The notes: a model not told the origin generated them from the sequence alone. A stretch of DNA of 62,846 bases, filler included, from Rhabdomonas costata (GCA_019059605.1; 31 parts of 31 records of this genome joined end to end with filler, not necessarily neighbours in it); one strand, 5' to 3'. Positions 13,390 through 26,218 are shown, numbered from the whole stretch's first letter. A program made the numbers and translations.

Positions 13390-14120
13390 ATGACTTACAC
13401 TCATTTTCTTTTGTTTGTTACATGTGGGGCCGTTTTCGGATGTCTTTGCGTGCTGGTGGTTGTGTCTTTGGGTGGCTTTCACAGCGGGCAATGCTGGGCT
13501 CTTCTTGGACTGTGCGTGGCCCACGGGGTTGTGCAGTGGGGTGTTGTGCGGTGGCAGCTGCGGCAGTGCCTTTCGGGGAGCCGTGGTGGGTGGTGGGTAT
13601 GGAGGGAGGTAGCCGAGGTTCAGGAGGAGGTTGCGGAGCTTCAGCAGCAGCGGCAGGAGGGCATGCTGAAGTTCCTGAGCAACCTGTCGCACGAGCTGAA
13701 CACGAACCTGAACGCGATCACGGGGGCGGCGCAGGTTCGCTAGTTTTTGTGGTCTGGTTCCACACGTTTTCTGATGCACAGGGTTCGCTTTTTTTTTTCA
13801 GGATGACTGTATCTTTTGTGCGATTGTTTTTCACTGAGCTGTCTTCTGATAAGGTTTTGAGTTAATTTTTCGTGCTGCTATTTTTAGCAGAATGTTCATG
13901 GGTAGACACCTTCCCGGTTTCTCTGCATTACAACTGCCGATGCACCGAGTTGGAGTCAGGGGGCAGGGGAGCGGTGTAACAAAACAATCAATGGGGAGAC
14001 CATGATCAGCAATAGCCGAAGCACCACGTACAGCATATACTGTAGCGACGCTTTTTTACTGTTTCAGATGCTGGGTGGGAAGGACGACAAGGACATGATT
14101 CAAGTGATCACCCACAACAC
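13390..14120 (+). CDS. Membrane-associated histidine kinase (HisKA H-box), partial; exon ending 13734 and exon 14068-14120; 5' boundary uncertain
   Basis: Hydrophobic segments, then a coiled coil EVAEVQEEVAELQQQRQE, then KFLSNLSHELNTNLNAITGAAQ|MLGGKDDKDMIQVI. Intron 13735-14067 is GTTCG...CAG. Confidence 0.75.
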
Positions 14121-14559
14121 NNNNNNNNNNNNNNNNNNNNNNNNNNNNNNNNNNNNNNNNNNNNTTAATTAATTAANNNNNNNNNNNNNNNNNNNNNNNN
14201 NNNNNNNNNNNNNNNNNNNNGGGTGGTTTGTAGAGGCCCGTGATGCTTCTTTATTTGTACTGAATTGGACTGTATCTGGTGTATGCTACCTCCGTCTCTT
14301 CGCTGACTAGCTAGTAGACTCTTCGACTGTATTTAAATGCTACGTTTTTTGATAAAGTACACCGGTATGTCCTAGTACAGCTAGCAGGTATTGTTGTAGT
14401 CTCTTTTGAAGGGATGGATTATGCGTAAAGTGAAGGTGAGCTTCCACTTTTTATCTATGCTGTCATTCCCAATAATTAGTCATTACGTATTAATTGAAAT
14501 AGTTGGTCATGATACTAATTTCATTAGATAAGAATCTTCCGTCGTCTTCTGACGCCTGA

Positions 14560-16152
14560 TGCTGCGAGAGGTGGCCGCGCGTTTAGTGGACATTTGTTTA
14601 CTCTCTTGTCGGTAACAGACAACGCCCATGCATTTTGCCTTATTTTCCCTATGGTGCATTGCGTTCTGGCACATTTTGTTGTCGGTTTGGTTGTATGTGT
14701 TGCTTACTTGGATGATAGTAGCGCAATTGAAACATTAGGTTGTCGTACATCTCTGCGTTAGCGGACTTTTACGCTCTAAACTGTGGAATGTTGAAGAGCG
14801 GTTTTGCTCATCGTTTGTTGCGTATCTCCTGACGCATCATGGGCTTGCTTACACCTATCGAATGTGACGTGGTGGTGCCCATAGTGCTAGCATGTGGTAG
14901 TTCTCTACAGGATTGTTTGCATTGGAGTAGTCCACGCTTGGTTTTATCATGCGAGATTGGTTCTTGCGCAGCTTTGTCACTGGGCCCATTTGTCCTTGCC
15001 TCCATTCAGTGGAAGTTCCTGAGATTGTGTATGCGGGTGAAGCTTGTCAGTTCGGAAATGTTTCTGGGGCCATTGGCAGTGTCATCAGTTGTTCAGATCG
15101 TCTTGCAACTGAATGCGGCGTAAATGTCAACGTAGAAAAGCTGAAGGCCTATTGTGTTGCACCGTATACTTCCGTACTTGGTAAGTTCCAGTAGAGTTTT
15201 TCTCTGTGTCCCATGCCATTCCAGCTCTCCTTTATCACCGCGGTTGGTGTCCACTGTGTAGTGGTTGAGCATTTTCCAGAAGTTTCCACAGCCTCGTGTT
15301 CTGCCAATTGTTTGATACTTGGACGTGTTCGCCATATTCACTCCTGAATTCTAGCTCCTCGTATGTTGCATGCCTATGCACTTCTCCTCTGGATTAAAAG
15401 CTTTCTCTTGTCACAGTTACAGCTGAGTAGATAGAACATCTTCAGCGTTTCGCTCGAGCCGCTTTTGGTGTTCGAGAATGGTTTCATCGTGCCTTCTTGG
15501 TCACTCCAATGCGTTTAGGAGGTCTCGGATTTCCAGAGGTCGCTACACGGAGTTTCGGCGGCTGCAAGTAGTTGCAGTGTACTAACCCTTGAATTTGTCC
15601 TCGTCACTCTGAAGCACCAGATCTTGGAGGTGTTGCCGACATTTAATTTACACCTGTTTAGCACCTGCACGACCACACACAGGCTAATTATGGTTTTGTA
15701 CCATCCATAGACACTCTTCTCTGTTACCGTTTCTTAAGGTACCAAAGCGATGGCCAATTTCTTTTCGTCACAGACGGCGCTCGTTAGTGTCACGTTGAGG
15801 GTGTTATGCGGACCTCTAGTGGATCAGCTCTCTTCCATGATGCTTCCCCCTGGTTCTCTGAATGTTTTTACTGCCTCATGGTTTGGAACTCGTTAGTGTT
15901 AGTTCTGGTGCGGTCTTCTTCGTTTCTGACTGCGCGAAAGTGAGCCTCCATCCGAGTGCGATTCTTCACACTATTTCGTACAATGTGGGTTGCGTCAACC
16001 TGCAATTCACTTCTCTGATCGACACTCATACCGTGCATGAAGGCTATCTTCCAGCTGAGCATGAAACAAATTGGACTTTGTTGGTGGCCTCTGCCCAAAA
16101 ATAGCTGATGACCTTGCCCAGAGCTGCCTGGTATGTGATGCCTCAGCCACCA
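14560..16152 (-). mobile_element. Highly degenerate non-LTR (APE/RT) retrotransposon remnant
   Basis: The minus strand shows decayed RT-start motifs in the expected order: TANGPRNI (~APGPDGI), EWRQGQMGPVTK...ENYHMLAL (~EWK.A.I.PI.K..NYRPIAL), QFRA*KS (~QFGFR.GRS). Many stops, no intron signature. Confidence 0.35.
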
Positions 16153-16836
16153 NNNNNNNNNNNNNNNNNNNNNNNNNNNNNNNNNNNNNNNNNNNNTTAA
16201 TTAATTAANNNNNNNNNNNNNNNNNNNNNNNNNNNNNNNNNNNNNNNNNNNNACCCCGACATAGGACTTCCCAGTTCCTGCGGAAGAGGAAGGACCCTGC
16301 GAAAAAACCTCTGAATATCTTGGGAAGTTCTTGTGGATTCGAAACCCAAGCACAAACCCTAACCCAATCCCTAACCCGTGCCAGGTCCTCCGGTTCGCCT
16401 CCAGGCCCACGTGAAAGTAAAAGCAAACTGCGTATCCTTGTTAGATAGTTGGCTCAGGTTTGTTCCACTCAGGTTTGGGACACGATAGTCCTTGCACCCT
16501 TCCAGTGCGCCCTAAAGATCCCAAAATCTGTGTCACAGTTTTGGGTTTACTGATAGGCGGCAGCGTTTCCTCATTGAGTCACCAAGTCCCCCAAGTTTCC
16601 GAGTCTGAGTCCGCTGAGATGCGCAGGGCCGTGTGGCGCTATCACCTAGCGAATAGGGCGAATATTTATGGCTCGGCTAGCATGGAAGTGAGTGGTCCTC
16701 CCACCTCACCCCCATTTCCGGGTGACCCCTAACCACTGGTTCAGGTCCGGAGACATGCATAAGAGAATGGTGCTGCTTGAAGCCCCCCAGAGAGACAAGT
16801 GAAATTCGTGTGGACAAGGAGAAGTTGGAGGCGTAC

Positions 16837-18183
16837 CTGGAGGTCCCTGAATCAGATGAACGTGATGAACCAGGGCCTCAATGAAGCTCTGCAGCTGCGT
16901 ATCGTCGAGAGTGCAATCATTGACGAGCTCCTCGAGACTCACCAAAAGTTGCTCAGTTGCTGTGTCGTACTGATCATATTCTGATCGTCTTCTGATCTCA
17001 AGGATAGGATCCAGCGTGCTGTTCATTATGGCATCCACAATAAGCCGGGTGAGGGGAACCTTAACGTCCACCTTCCAGGAAGGTCTTATACTCACAGATT
17101 TCGGCACTGTGATGTTTAGCAGGGCGCCCTTCAGGAAGGGAAGGCCCAACCTTCTTTGAATTTGCAAGGCCTGCAGAACAGGAAGGTACTCGGGCACGAA
17201 GGTCTGGCAGTCGATGATAACCACATGGTTCCCTTTGCGGAAAGTGTGAAGGTCGAAGCCATTGCCGGTCTGCATCGCCACCACCATCTGCCCCTTTTCA
17301 CGGAACTGCCACTCAAGGTCGGAACTGACATGCAGAGAGATCTCGCCCCAAAAAATGCGATCCGTAATCCGCAAGGCGTCCCCAGCGCTCGACAGAAGCA
17401 CCACTCCCACGAGATTCGGCGGATTCAGACGGCGGGTGCTCTTCCAGTGAACCTTAGCAGCAGGGGGCCGCCTGCTGAAAATTCTCTCGATGAAGAGCTT
17501 TCCCGTGCAGTCCACCCTGCCCACAACGCCGTTGCAGATGTACGCGCAGCCGTTGGGCTTTTTCATCACTTGTCTACACTCCTCAGAGCATTGCTGGCAG
17601 AGAGCAGATCCCTGTGCCATGGGTTGGATGTGGGGTCGCAGGCACACCCATGCCACAGGCCGTCCACAGTGCGGCGTTCGGCAGCCCAGCCCCGCGACAT
17701 TCTTGCCGTCGGTGAAGGGCCACATGCTCTGGTTGCAGGCGTCTCCTTTCCATTGGGAGGATCTACTCCCCCTTTTTGTGCCCTACATTGCGGAGTCAGA
17801 GCGTGGTGTCCATCAGAGAATGTCAGCGCAACCCAAAGCTTCTCGACCGTATCGAAGTACTCCTCCGCGGAAGTGTATTTTAAGGGGGGGATCTTCAACA
17901 CTGGCAACGTTTCAGGGAAGAACAGCTCCGGGTGCCCAGCCATTCCACAGTAGCGTCTGGCCACTGCAAATGGTGCTTGTCCGAGATGACATGTGGCGCA
18001 GCAATGGGAGACCAGCTCCGGAGTTTGGTGCTGAGCTGCCGGATTTGGTCCTCCAGACTAACGTAATCAGGCGCGTCATACTCCATTTTTTGCAGGGCGG
18101 TGCGAACATTCGTCACAACATTCTTAAGACTCTTGCGGACTTCTTCCTCGGGGTGCTCCCAACAGAACCGCAACACACCCACC
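16837..18183 (-). CDS. SF1 (UPF1/ZNFX1-like) helicase with Cys-rich N-terminal region, partial, with two apparent frameshifts
   Basis: LDDTQLQSFIEALVHHVHLIQGPPG (Q motif plus start of Walker A) ends at a GTACG donor. Upstream coding continues through three frames with switches near 17935 and 17748. Confidence 0.75.
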
Positions 18184-21100
18184 NNNNNNNNNNNNNNNNN
18201 NNNNNNNNNNNNNNNNNNNNNNNNNNNTTAATTAATTAANNNNNNNNNNNNNNNNNNNNNNNNNNNNNNNNNNNNNNNNNNNNGGTTGTGGGGTCAAGTT
18301 GCAGCCCCAACCAATTGCAAAGACACGGCCTTGAATCTCCCGATGGATGATGAGTGGTTTAACAAACAAAAAACATACATTTCAGCGGTCAAATTCAGCG
18401 CCCTCCCAGACATCCTTAACTTAGACACAAAGGGAAACAATAAAACAAGCGGAGGGAAAGGGCACCGTTTCTGCAGTGGGCCATGGGGTGAGTGAGCTCG
18501 AGCTCACAACTATAGTCCAGCAAGGTCGACGAGCAAGGCATCACCATCCACGCCGCTACGGAGTACGACCCGGGCAGCAGCTCCAGCCCCGGCCCAAAGA
18601 CGGCGCGGTACAGGCCTTGTCCCAGAAGTGTTGTATTGGCCACGACGCTCACCTGGCGGAACGCATGTAGGGACAGTCAGCAAGGAAACATAGAACTCCG
18701 CCACCGCCGTTCACCTGCGACTGCGAAAACCACTGCTTAAGGGAATATGCGTAACAAGAACAAGATCGCAGGGGCAAAATGACCATCAACTGAATGCCGG
18801 TGTCCACAAGTGATCTGCAAACCAGCTAACCAGCTAGATAAGATCAGAGCGATTCACCCATTTGATATGTTTTGGGGCACATATGATTGTCACTGGGGCT
18901 TACTGGCACTTTTGTGTTTGCGACGGAAACTCACAAGATAGCCTCAGCAATGGGCACAACTGTATGGCCATCACCCGCTGACACTATCGTTTATGACGAA
19001 TTATAGCACGTTACACCGTAACCTCAGAACACGTGCTTTTTAGCCTCAGTGACGTAAAAACGTTTAAATCATATCGTATGCATACACACCAGCCTAGCGG
19101 CATTTTAAAGCATTCCCAGGAAACTCGCAAATTCTGAGTTTCGGGATGTAAACTACCTTACGTTAAACAAAATGAAACAGCGCGCGCGTCCCCCTCCCCC
19201 AAGAGGCTGTGTTGGTCTGTAATGCTGCTCTCCATACAAAGATGCGCCATGCCTGGGGGGTTTGTAATTGAACCCTCAGGATGGCCCCACTGCCACCCTT
19301 GTTGGAGCTTCCCAGCGTCTCCCTCAGCTCCAGCGCCGCGGTCGCGCCCTGAACCACTGTGGAGACGGATTGGGCAAATGCAAACCGTGGCAAGATTGTC
19401 TGTCTGGCGGGGCATCGCGGAGGCCGCGTGCGAAACCCATTGGCCTCCAAAAGTCGATGCGGTTCAGCACAATCCGGACAGATAACGGTGTTGTGGTGGA
19501 AATCCGCGGGGAGAGGAACCAATGGAATAGTTGCAGGGCTCTCTCGCATGTACGCGATGAACGGAAGGACAACCATGCACAAGGAGAGCAGAAGTGCGGG
19601 GTCACGTGCATTGGCTCGCATAAAGCATAAAATTGCGTCAACCAGCAAAAAGAGAAAGCGGCACTGGTGACCATTAAGAAGGCGCATCACCATAAACCTT
19701 CAATCCGTTGGCTCGCTGCCATGCCACTGTACATGATAGTGACGATAATTGAGGGATTCCAAACTCGGCCAAAGTCGAAAAGACACCCAGTTTGCTTAGC
19801 ATGGCATGATATCGACATAAGCTCGAATGTTTACCCATCATGCAAGTACAAATGCTCGAGGAAATATTTCGCTGAGGTGCCCAGCGATCCTCCTTTTCAG
19901 AATTCGAACCGGTGCAGATCTCGAATATCGACCAACTGCGCCACGCTGACATCCGAAGGACCGTGAATTAGCCATTCGGATAAACATCGCAAGTGCCTGG
20001 CAAGATGGAGTATTCACCCCTGCCTCTGACCCACTCGTACAGGCCGCTGCCGCCCACTTGCATCGGAATCGGGACAATGAACACAGAAACACGGAGCAAT
20101 GTACAAGAATTGTACAGGAAAAGATTCGACCATGCGCGACGACAAACCACAGCATCAAAAGCACTGGTGGGCGGTCCATAAGCATATTCAACCCTGCCCC
20201 TTCACCACCACACCNNNNNNNNNNNNNNNNNNNNNNNNNNNNNNNNNNNNNNNNNNNNTTAATTAATTAANNNNNNNNNNNNNNNNNNNNNNNNNNNNNN
20301 NNNNNNNNNNNNNNTTTGTTTTGGGGTTATAGGGAGGATTCTGTGTAGACCCGCTTCTCACAAATATGTTCATTTCCATGCTCAAGTCAGCTTCCTGTGG
20401 TTTTTTTTTTTGCTTTTCGGAGAAGACGTGGCTGTGCCCTCAGAAAAAGGAGTCCGGGTGTTTGGGATTTTGCCTGAATGTCTAAAATCATCAATCAAGA
20501 TTCGTCGGCATTTTTGGATGGTTCGGATCAGGCATCACCCTACCCTCCCGCTCTAAGAATGTGCGGGCGTTTTTCACGGGTACCGGCGACGTAGTCCGGA
20601 AACGGTCCATTGCTCTTGGTTGGAGATGGAAAGGGATCTCTTTTGGGGTCTGGAGGGGATCTTTGTCATGTGGCTTTCTGGAAATCTCGCATAGGCCGAG
20701 CTTCCGGCCTCCGAGGCTCCCACCCTGGAAGCGGTGGGTGCCACTGGGCCAACCCTCATGCCGGGTGATGCCCTACAAGAAGGGGAAGCCGCCGCAGGTC
20801 TATCATGCGCACACATCCTCCCGTCGACCCCGTCTTCGCTTCATCGCGGTGAAGTCACCCTTTGGTCGGTTTATCTCGAGCACTTTTCTCTTCTTGCAAG
20901 TAGTGGTAATGCCCTTACAACCCAAGCCCACACAGCAGGTGCAGAGGTTCAGTTTCCTTTCCATTATGATAATGGTGATGGCTCCTCCTGTGTATTTGTT
21001 GGTAATAGATATTTTACACGTGTGTGATTCACCCGGCTGCACCTGGAGTCAAAGAAGGATGCAAATTTGTGGTGCAAGCACTCGAGGGGAGTAAACGGGT

Positions 21101-23911
21101 CAGAGTCTTTGTTGTATTGCAATGTGTGTCACACGTGCGTTTGGTCGGTGTAGGGGATGGGGGGTACCACACCACATACCACGTAACCTTGACGAAGCAG
21201 CTACAATTGCGCTTATTTGGTGCTGGTCACCACCGATCTTCTTTGCAAACGATAGCTCTTGCTTTCTGGTGGACACCCCGGTTGGTTGCACCCATACTTT
21301 CAAACAGGTCACGAGCAGCACTCGGCGGAGTCTCTGGGACTTAAGCCCTCCCCTGTGCCGTCCTCTGCTGAGCCAGAACTGTCCCCCGCGCTGGTCCCCT
21401 CGGGGGCGGCGGGCGAGGCGGAATGCAGCACGGGGAGTGGCCCCTCCCCCGGCTCCGTGGAAGAGACATCCTCGGGGGCACAGGCGGCTAGGGATCCAGG
21501 CGAGTGCGTCGGAGATGCCCAGGCGGAAGAGGCCGCCCCCGTACAGATGCCCCCAGGATCTACGAAGGTGTCTCCTCCCCCACCTCCCTCTCATTCACAA
21601 ACGTGCACTGACTATGGCGCATTTTCGTGTTTTGGTTGAGGACCGGTTGATTTGAATAAGTATTTTGTTCTTGGCAGCGGATTGCAGGCCGAACTCGAGG
21701 CAGTGGAAAAATTCACAGGGACCGCATTCCATCACCCCGCTGGCTGTGACCACGCCGCGCATGATTTGACCATGCGTGGCCACCCATTTATTTATTGCAT
21801 TCGCAGGCGCACGCCCGCCTTAAAATGGTGGTTGGTTAGGGTTGTGGAAGAAATTCGGTTCATTTTTTCTCGAACAGGAAACCTCTCCAACACGGGAGGA
21901 CCCCGAGGAGGATACCAGCCCTGCAGAGCGGTGAATGTGTTTGTGTTTGTTTGCAAATGCGCGTGTGTGCTTGCGTCTGTAAGGTGACGATGGCCTACAT
22001 CGTGTAAAGTCTGTGCTTTTTTTTTTGCTCGAGTTCGCTTGCGAAGGGCGGGGGGGGGGTAATCTCCGAAAGCGTTAGAGGGTTTTTTAGCTGAGGTCCG
22101 ATGCATCACTCCAGCAGTGAAGACCAAAGGCAGAGCAAACCCTGGATGGGAAACGAGGGAATTTCCTGGGGAGTTATTTTTTGCAATGATTGCTGGGAGT
22201 GGAGCAGCAACACAGCTCGTACGCACAGAAGGCAAGGTACAACCANNNNNNNNNNNNNNNNNNNNNNNNNNNNNNNNNNNNNNNNNNNNTTAATTAATTA
22301 ANNNNNNNNNNNNNNNNNNNNNNNNNNNNNNNNNNNNNNNNNNNNGGGGTTGGGTCGGAGCAACCTCTCGAAGTCCTGCAAGGAGCACATCCTTTGTACA
22401 AGGGGCCACAGTGGGGGCCCTGCGAGAGTAGGGAAGCGAGGGAGGGGCACCGGGTTTTGTGTGGCGCAACGGAGAGAGGCTCCTGGAAAAGGGGGTGATA
22501 ACCCTCAACTACAAAAGAAAAAGCTGTTTCACGCCGAATAGCACGCAGAAGAGAGGAATTGGGGTGCAGTTTACTGTTGGCTGCAGTTTAGGACGGACTT
22601 TTGACAATACAAAACGCACCGGCACTTTGATCACTTCAATCCGTAAGGGAGAACGGCTATTTCATAAGTTACTGAAAAAATTTATCATGTTACAAATTGT
22701 CACGACCGGTGACCCAAAAACAGCCCTATCGTCAACTGCATACCCGACCAAAAGGCATGCGGGGTCCTTTGCTACGCACAGCTTCAGGTTGGGGGCTTCA
22801 GCCAGCTCCCACACAGGGGGCTTAGGACACATATGACCCCGACACGGTGGTCAGGGTTTTGCCGGGGACTGCGCTTCCAGAGCAAGCCTCTGCGGATACC
22901 TCATTTCCATTTAGAGAAAAGGTCATTCCTGGCGGCGCGAGTTAACAGTTCATTGAGTCGCGAATGCGTTCTCCGGCTTTTCGAATGTGGTGCACCGGAA
23001 ACGATGAATATGCAGCAAAGCCCAGCACCCCAACTCAAGAGTGCGCCGATTCACCATCATCGGGCTTGTGTTCCAAAACAGAAAAAGCAGCTATGTCTGA
23101 GTTCATCTGATGGCAGGGAAAACAAGCAAAGTAGAAAACCACTAGAGAGCAACAATTCATTCGAAACATTCGAAACTACTGCGTAACCGGGGGGAGGACA
23201 AGATGAAAGGGCAGAACGAGCACTCTCCTCTTGTCACACACATGCATACATATGGTCTTGATTCTTGACAGTCCCCCGCCTCCAGCGACCTTGGGTCGGC
23301 ACGAGGCAGTATGCCCAAGCGGAGTACACATGTACACACAGCAGTGCTCTATTTTTTTTGAAAGAATCTCCACAACACGGCAGAAGCACGCGCTCTGCTT
23401 TTACACAGGGCGGCAGTACGGTTTACCAGTCCATGAATGCTTTCGGTTCGCCTCTGCTGTTCTTGACGTCCTCGTCGCTATTGCATAGCAAGAGATGCAA
23501 ATGGACACGGACACAGAGGGATTGCAAAACTTCACCGAACTGGCGAAGATGGAGGGAGAAGTAGATGCAACACGACCCGAACCAGCCCGACGTTAGAAAC
23601 GCAGAAAGCCACCCACACGGCTAGCACGCAGAGCAGCCCATGGCTGCAACCTGCCTCATGCGCTACCGTTTACCAACTGTGCGGATTACCCAAACCCGTA
23701 TAAACCCGCCGCTGAAGGCGCGGTTTGTCAGCAAACTGCATCCGCACAAAGCAAAATCACCGCCAAGCTTGGGAGTCGAGGTCCCTTTCTAGGCCGAATG
23801 TGCGAATGCCCAGGGACCTCCTTCAACGAGGACGCCCGCTTCAGAGCAACACAGGAAAAAAAGAGAAAATATATTTGAAAAATAGGAAACCTTTCGCCCC
23901 CTAAACCGGGA

Positions 23912-24082
23912 TTACTTGTGCTCAAAACGGAGCACGCCATCCCAGCGGACGCCAGGCTTCTTGCCCTCTCGGCTGAGCTGCAGCAGAAGCTTGGTCGGAC
24001 CATCCTCGGGAGCCACCTCGGCAGCCCGGACAAATGACTTCTCGGCGTCCGACAGATCTCCCGCTACATAGTGCTCCATTCC
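23912..24082 (-). CDS. Terminal exon of a class III adenylate/guanylate cyclase (TPR-like C-terminal tail)
   Basis: CAG|GMEHYVAGDLSDAEKSF...PEDGPTKLLL...WDGVLRFEHK* matches the conserved Y..G.W..A...F...P.DGP...WDGV...K* ending of such cyclases. Confidence 0.7.
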   Translation of the reverse strand, partial: GMEHYVAGDLSDAEKSFVRAAEVAPEDGPTKLLLQLSREGKKPGVRWDGVLRFEHK

Positions 24083-24180
24083 CTGTCGAGGTCCCTCCCC
24101 CCATGATATCAATGCAAATGCCAGGACAGAGAAATCATCACTTCTGCCTCTGGGAAGTGCGGACAGTCTGGTCTATTGGA

Positions 24181-24275
24181 GTGGGTGAGTTTTAAACGGC
24201 ATAGCGCCGTTATTGGGTTATGAAACGATAAATCAGAATGCAATAACGGCGCTATGCCGTTTAAAACCCACCCAC
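24181..24275. repeat. Inverted repeat with 27-bp perfect core arms at the contig end
   Basis: gttttaaacggcatagcgccgttattg ... caataacggcgctatgccgtttaaaac. Confidence 0.9.
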
Positions 24276-24402
24276 CNNNNNNNNNNNNNNNNNNNNNNNN
24301 NNNNNNNNNNNNNNNNNNNNTTAATTAATTAANNNNNNNNNNNNNNNNNNNNNNNNNNNNNNNNNNNNNNNNNNNNGTGGTGGTGTAAAGAGCGCGTAGT
24401 AC

Positions 24403-26218
24403 CAATGCAGCAGTCTTCAATGCGGCAGACCCCATCAGGGCACATCGACTCTGCCTTCCCTTCCGTCGAGTATCCCGCGGGACAGGTAAAGTTCAGAGCC
24501 GCACATGTGGCTGCGCACGCATCGTGGTCGACAAAAAAACAGTCAGAAAAATGAAGGCAAGAAAGTCACACAAAGCAGCGGCCAATTTGAAATAGAGTCG
24601 GAACAATTGTTAGATGCAGAGCAATTGACAAGGCGTGGGGGGTAACAGGTCAGGATGGGACGACATGGGTCATTCTCTCATGGCATTCTTTCAAACTCAA
24701 TCCTTGTGCGCAACGTCGCACAGCATGGGTGCGCCTATTGAGGTCTTCCGGTGCGGGTAGGCAACCCCAGGTTTCCGCATCATTTTCTCGGAAAGCATCC
24801 TGTTATTTCCACATGATTTTTCGAATCATGTGGTTAAATTTGGGGAACGGGCCATCAATCGCGGAGAGCAGACCAATGCAGCAGTCCGCCGTGTCGCAGG
24901 TCAGAGAGGTGCACGTCGAGTCGGGAGGCTTCGAAGCGTACCCCTTGGGGCAGGCGTACGTCCAGCAGGTGGGAAGACCTACACGAGAGAGAACAACCAG
25001 AAAATATAAGCATCACCACATAAAATGGGTGCCCCCCTTCACCGTTGCACCCGTGTAAGCCCCCACTCCACAATATGAATGCAGAAAAAAAAACGAAACC
25101 AACTATGCGACGCTCATCCGCACATTATACACAAAACTCAAAACAAACAAAAGATAAAAAGGGCCAAATATTTCTTCAAAACTGCACACAAACCATAAAC
25201 TTACCTCATCACTGACTTTTGGTGGAATGGGGAGGGGGGGCGAACTTGAACAGGTGCTATTTTGGCGCAAATTCTGCCTTTTTCCCTAATCTCGGCCGTT
25301 TTTTTATAGCATTTTATGACCGCCATTTTAGGTCGAATTTGGCTCCTTTTGGGGGCTTACTGGAGACACAAGCGAGCAAGGGATGCCATGGCGCAGGAAG
25401 AAAACTTTCAGGGGGAGGACTGTGGCCCATGATCAAAAAGAGCCCTAAGGCCCTCAGAAGTGCCAGAAAGTTTATTCATCAACGGATTTATTTGTCATTT
25501 TTTACTATGGAGAGGATTTGCCTTTTGCCAGATACTGCTCAATTTCCCCCAATGGAGATATTGCGCTCATTTTCCGCCAAACCCCTGCACAACAAGGAGG
25601 GGCCTCCTCGCGGAAAAGGGTGTGTGGCGCTGCAGTGATCAGTGACAGGACCGCGCTCAAAAGAAAAAGAGCTTTCCCACAAGCGCTAGGTTTTGGTACA
25701 GCGCTGCAGTGGCCGTTGTGTCCCGAACCCTGTCGCCATCATCCTTCAGAAACAAACTGCACATCTGAGGCGCACGCACTTGCACAGCACTCGTCGACCG
25801 TGCAGTGGATGGAGGCGCAGACGGTGGACACCGGCATCGCTGCGCTGCCCGCCGGGCAGCTGCGCACCCAGGCTCCGCAAAAGGCTGGGCAGAAGAAGGA
25901 CATGAAGCAAATGAAGGGGAACAATCATCTTGCTCAAGCCACCTGGCCTTAACGTCAGAGATGCAAAAGATGTCCAAAGCCGCCACCCCGATCTCATTGG
26001 CGCACCTTCCACCACTGATGCGAAAGTCTCGCAAACGCAACGAAGAAAGATGCGGCATGGATACCACCGCATCCCATTTTCATCCCCCCCACCCCCGCAC
26101 AGCATACTGGAGCAGCAGTCTTCAGCAGTGCACAGGGGCCCTTGGCACACGCGGGTGGGCTCCCGCGGGAGGTCTGCCCCACAGTCGAAGCTGGGACCGC
26201 ACGCGGGCGCAAACTTCA
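24403..26218 (-). CDS. Tandem 6-Cys repeat protein with one repeat per exon; exons 26218-26108, 25884-25780, 24978-24874, 24510-24403
   Basis: KFAPACGPSFDCGADLPREPTRVCQGPLCTAEDCCS / FCGAWVRSCPAGSAAMPVSTVCASIHCTVDECCA / LPTCWTYACPKGYASKPPDSTCTSLTCDTADCCI / TCAALNFTCPAGYSTEGKAESMCPDGVCRIEDCCI. Exons are 111, 105, 105 and 108 nt, all AG/GT-bounded and phase 1-1. Confidence 0.9.

Noticed and set aside
16320-16350. tRNA T-arm-like GGATTCGAAACCC (similar at about 823)
   Set aside because: No acceptor, D or anticodon stems can be formed around it.
18500-19380. Filamin/Ig-like exons on the minus strand
   Set aside because: They look coding, but the motif match is too loose and the boundaries are unresolved.
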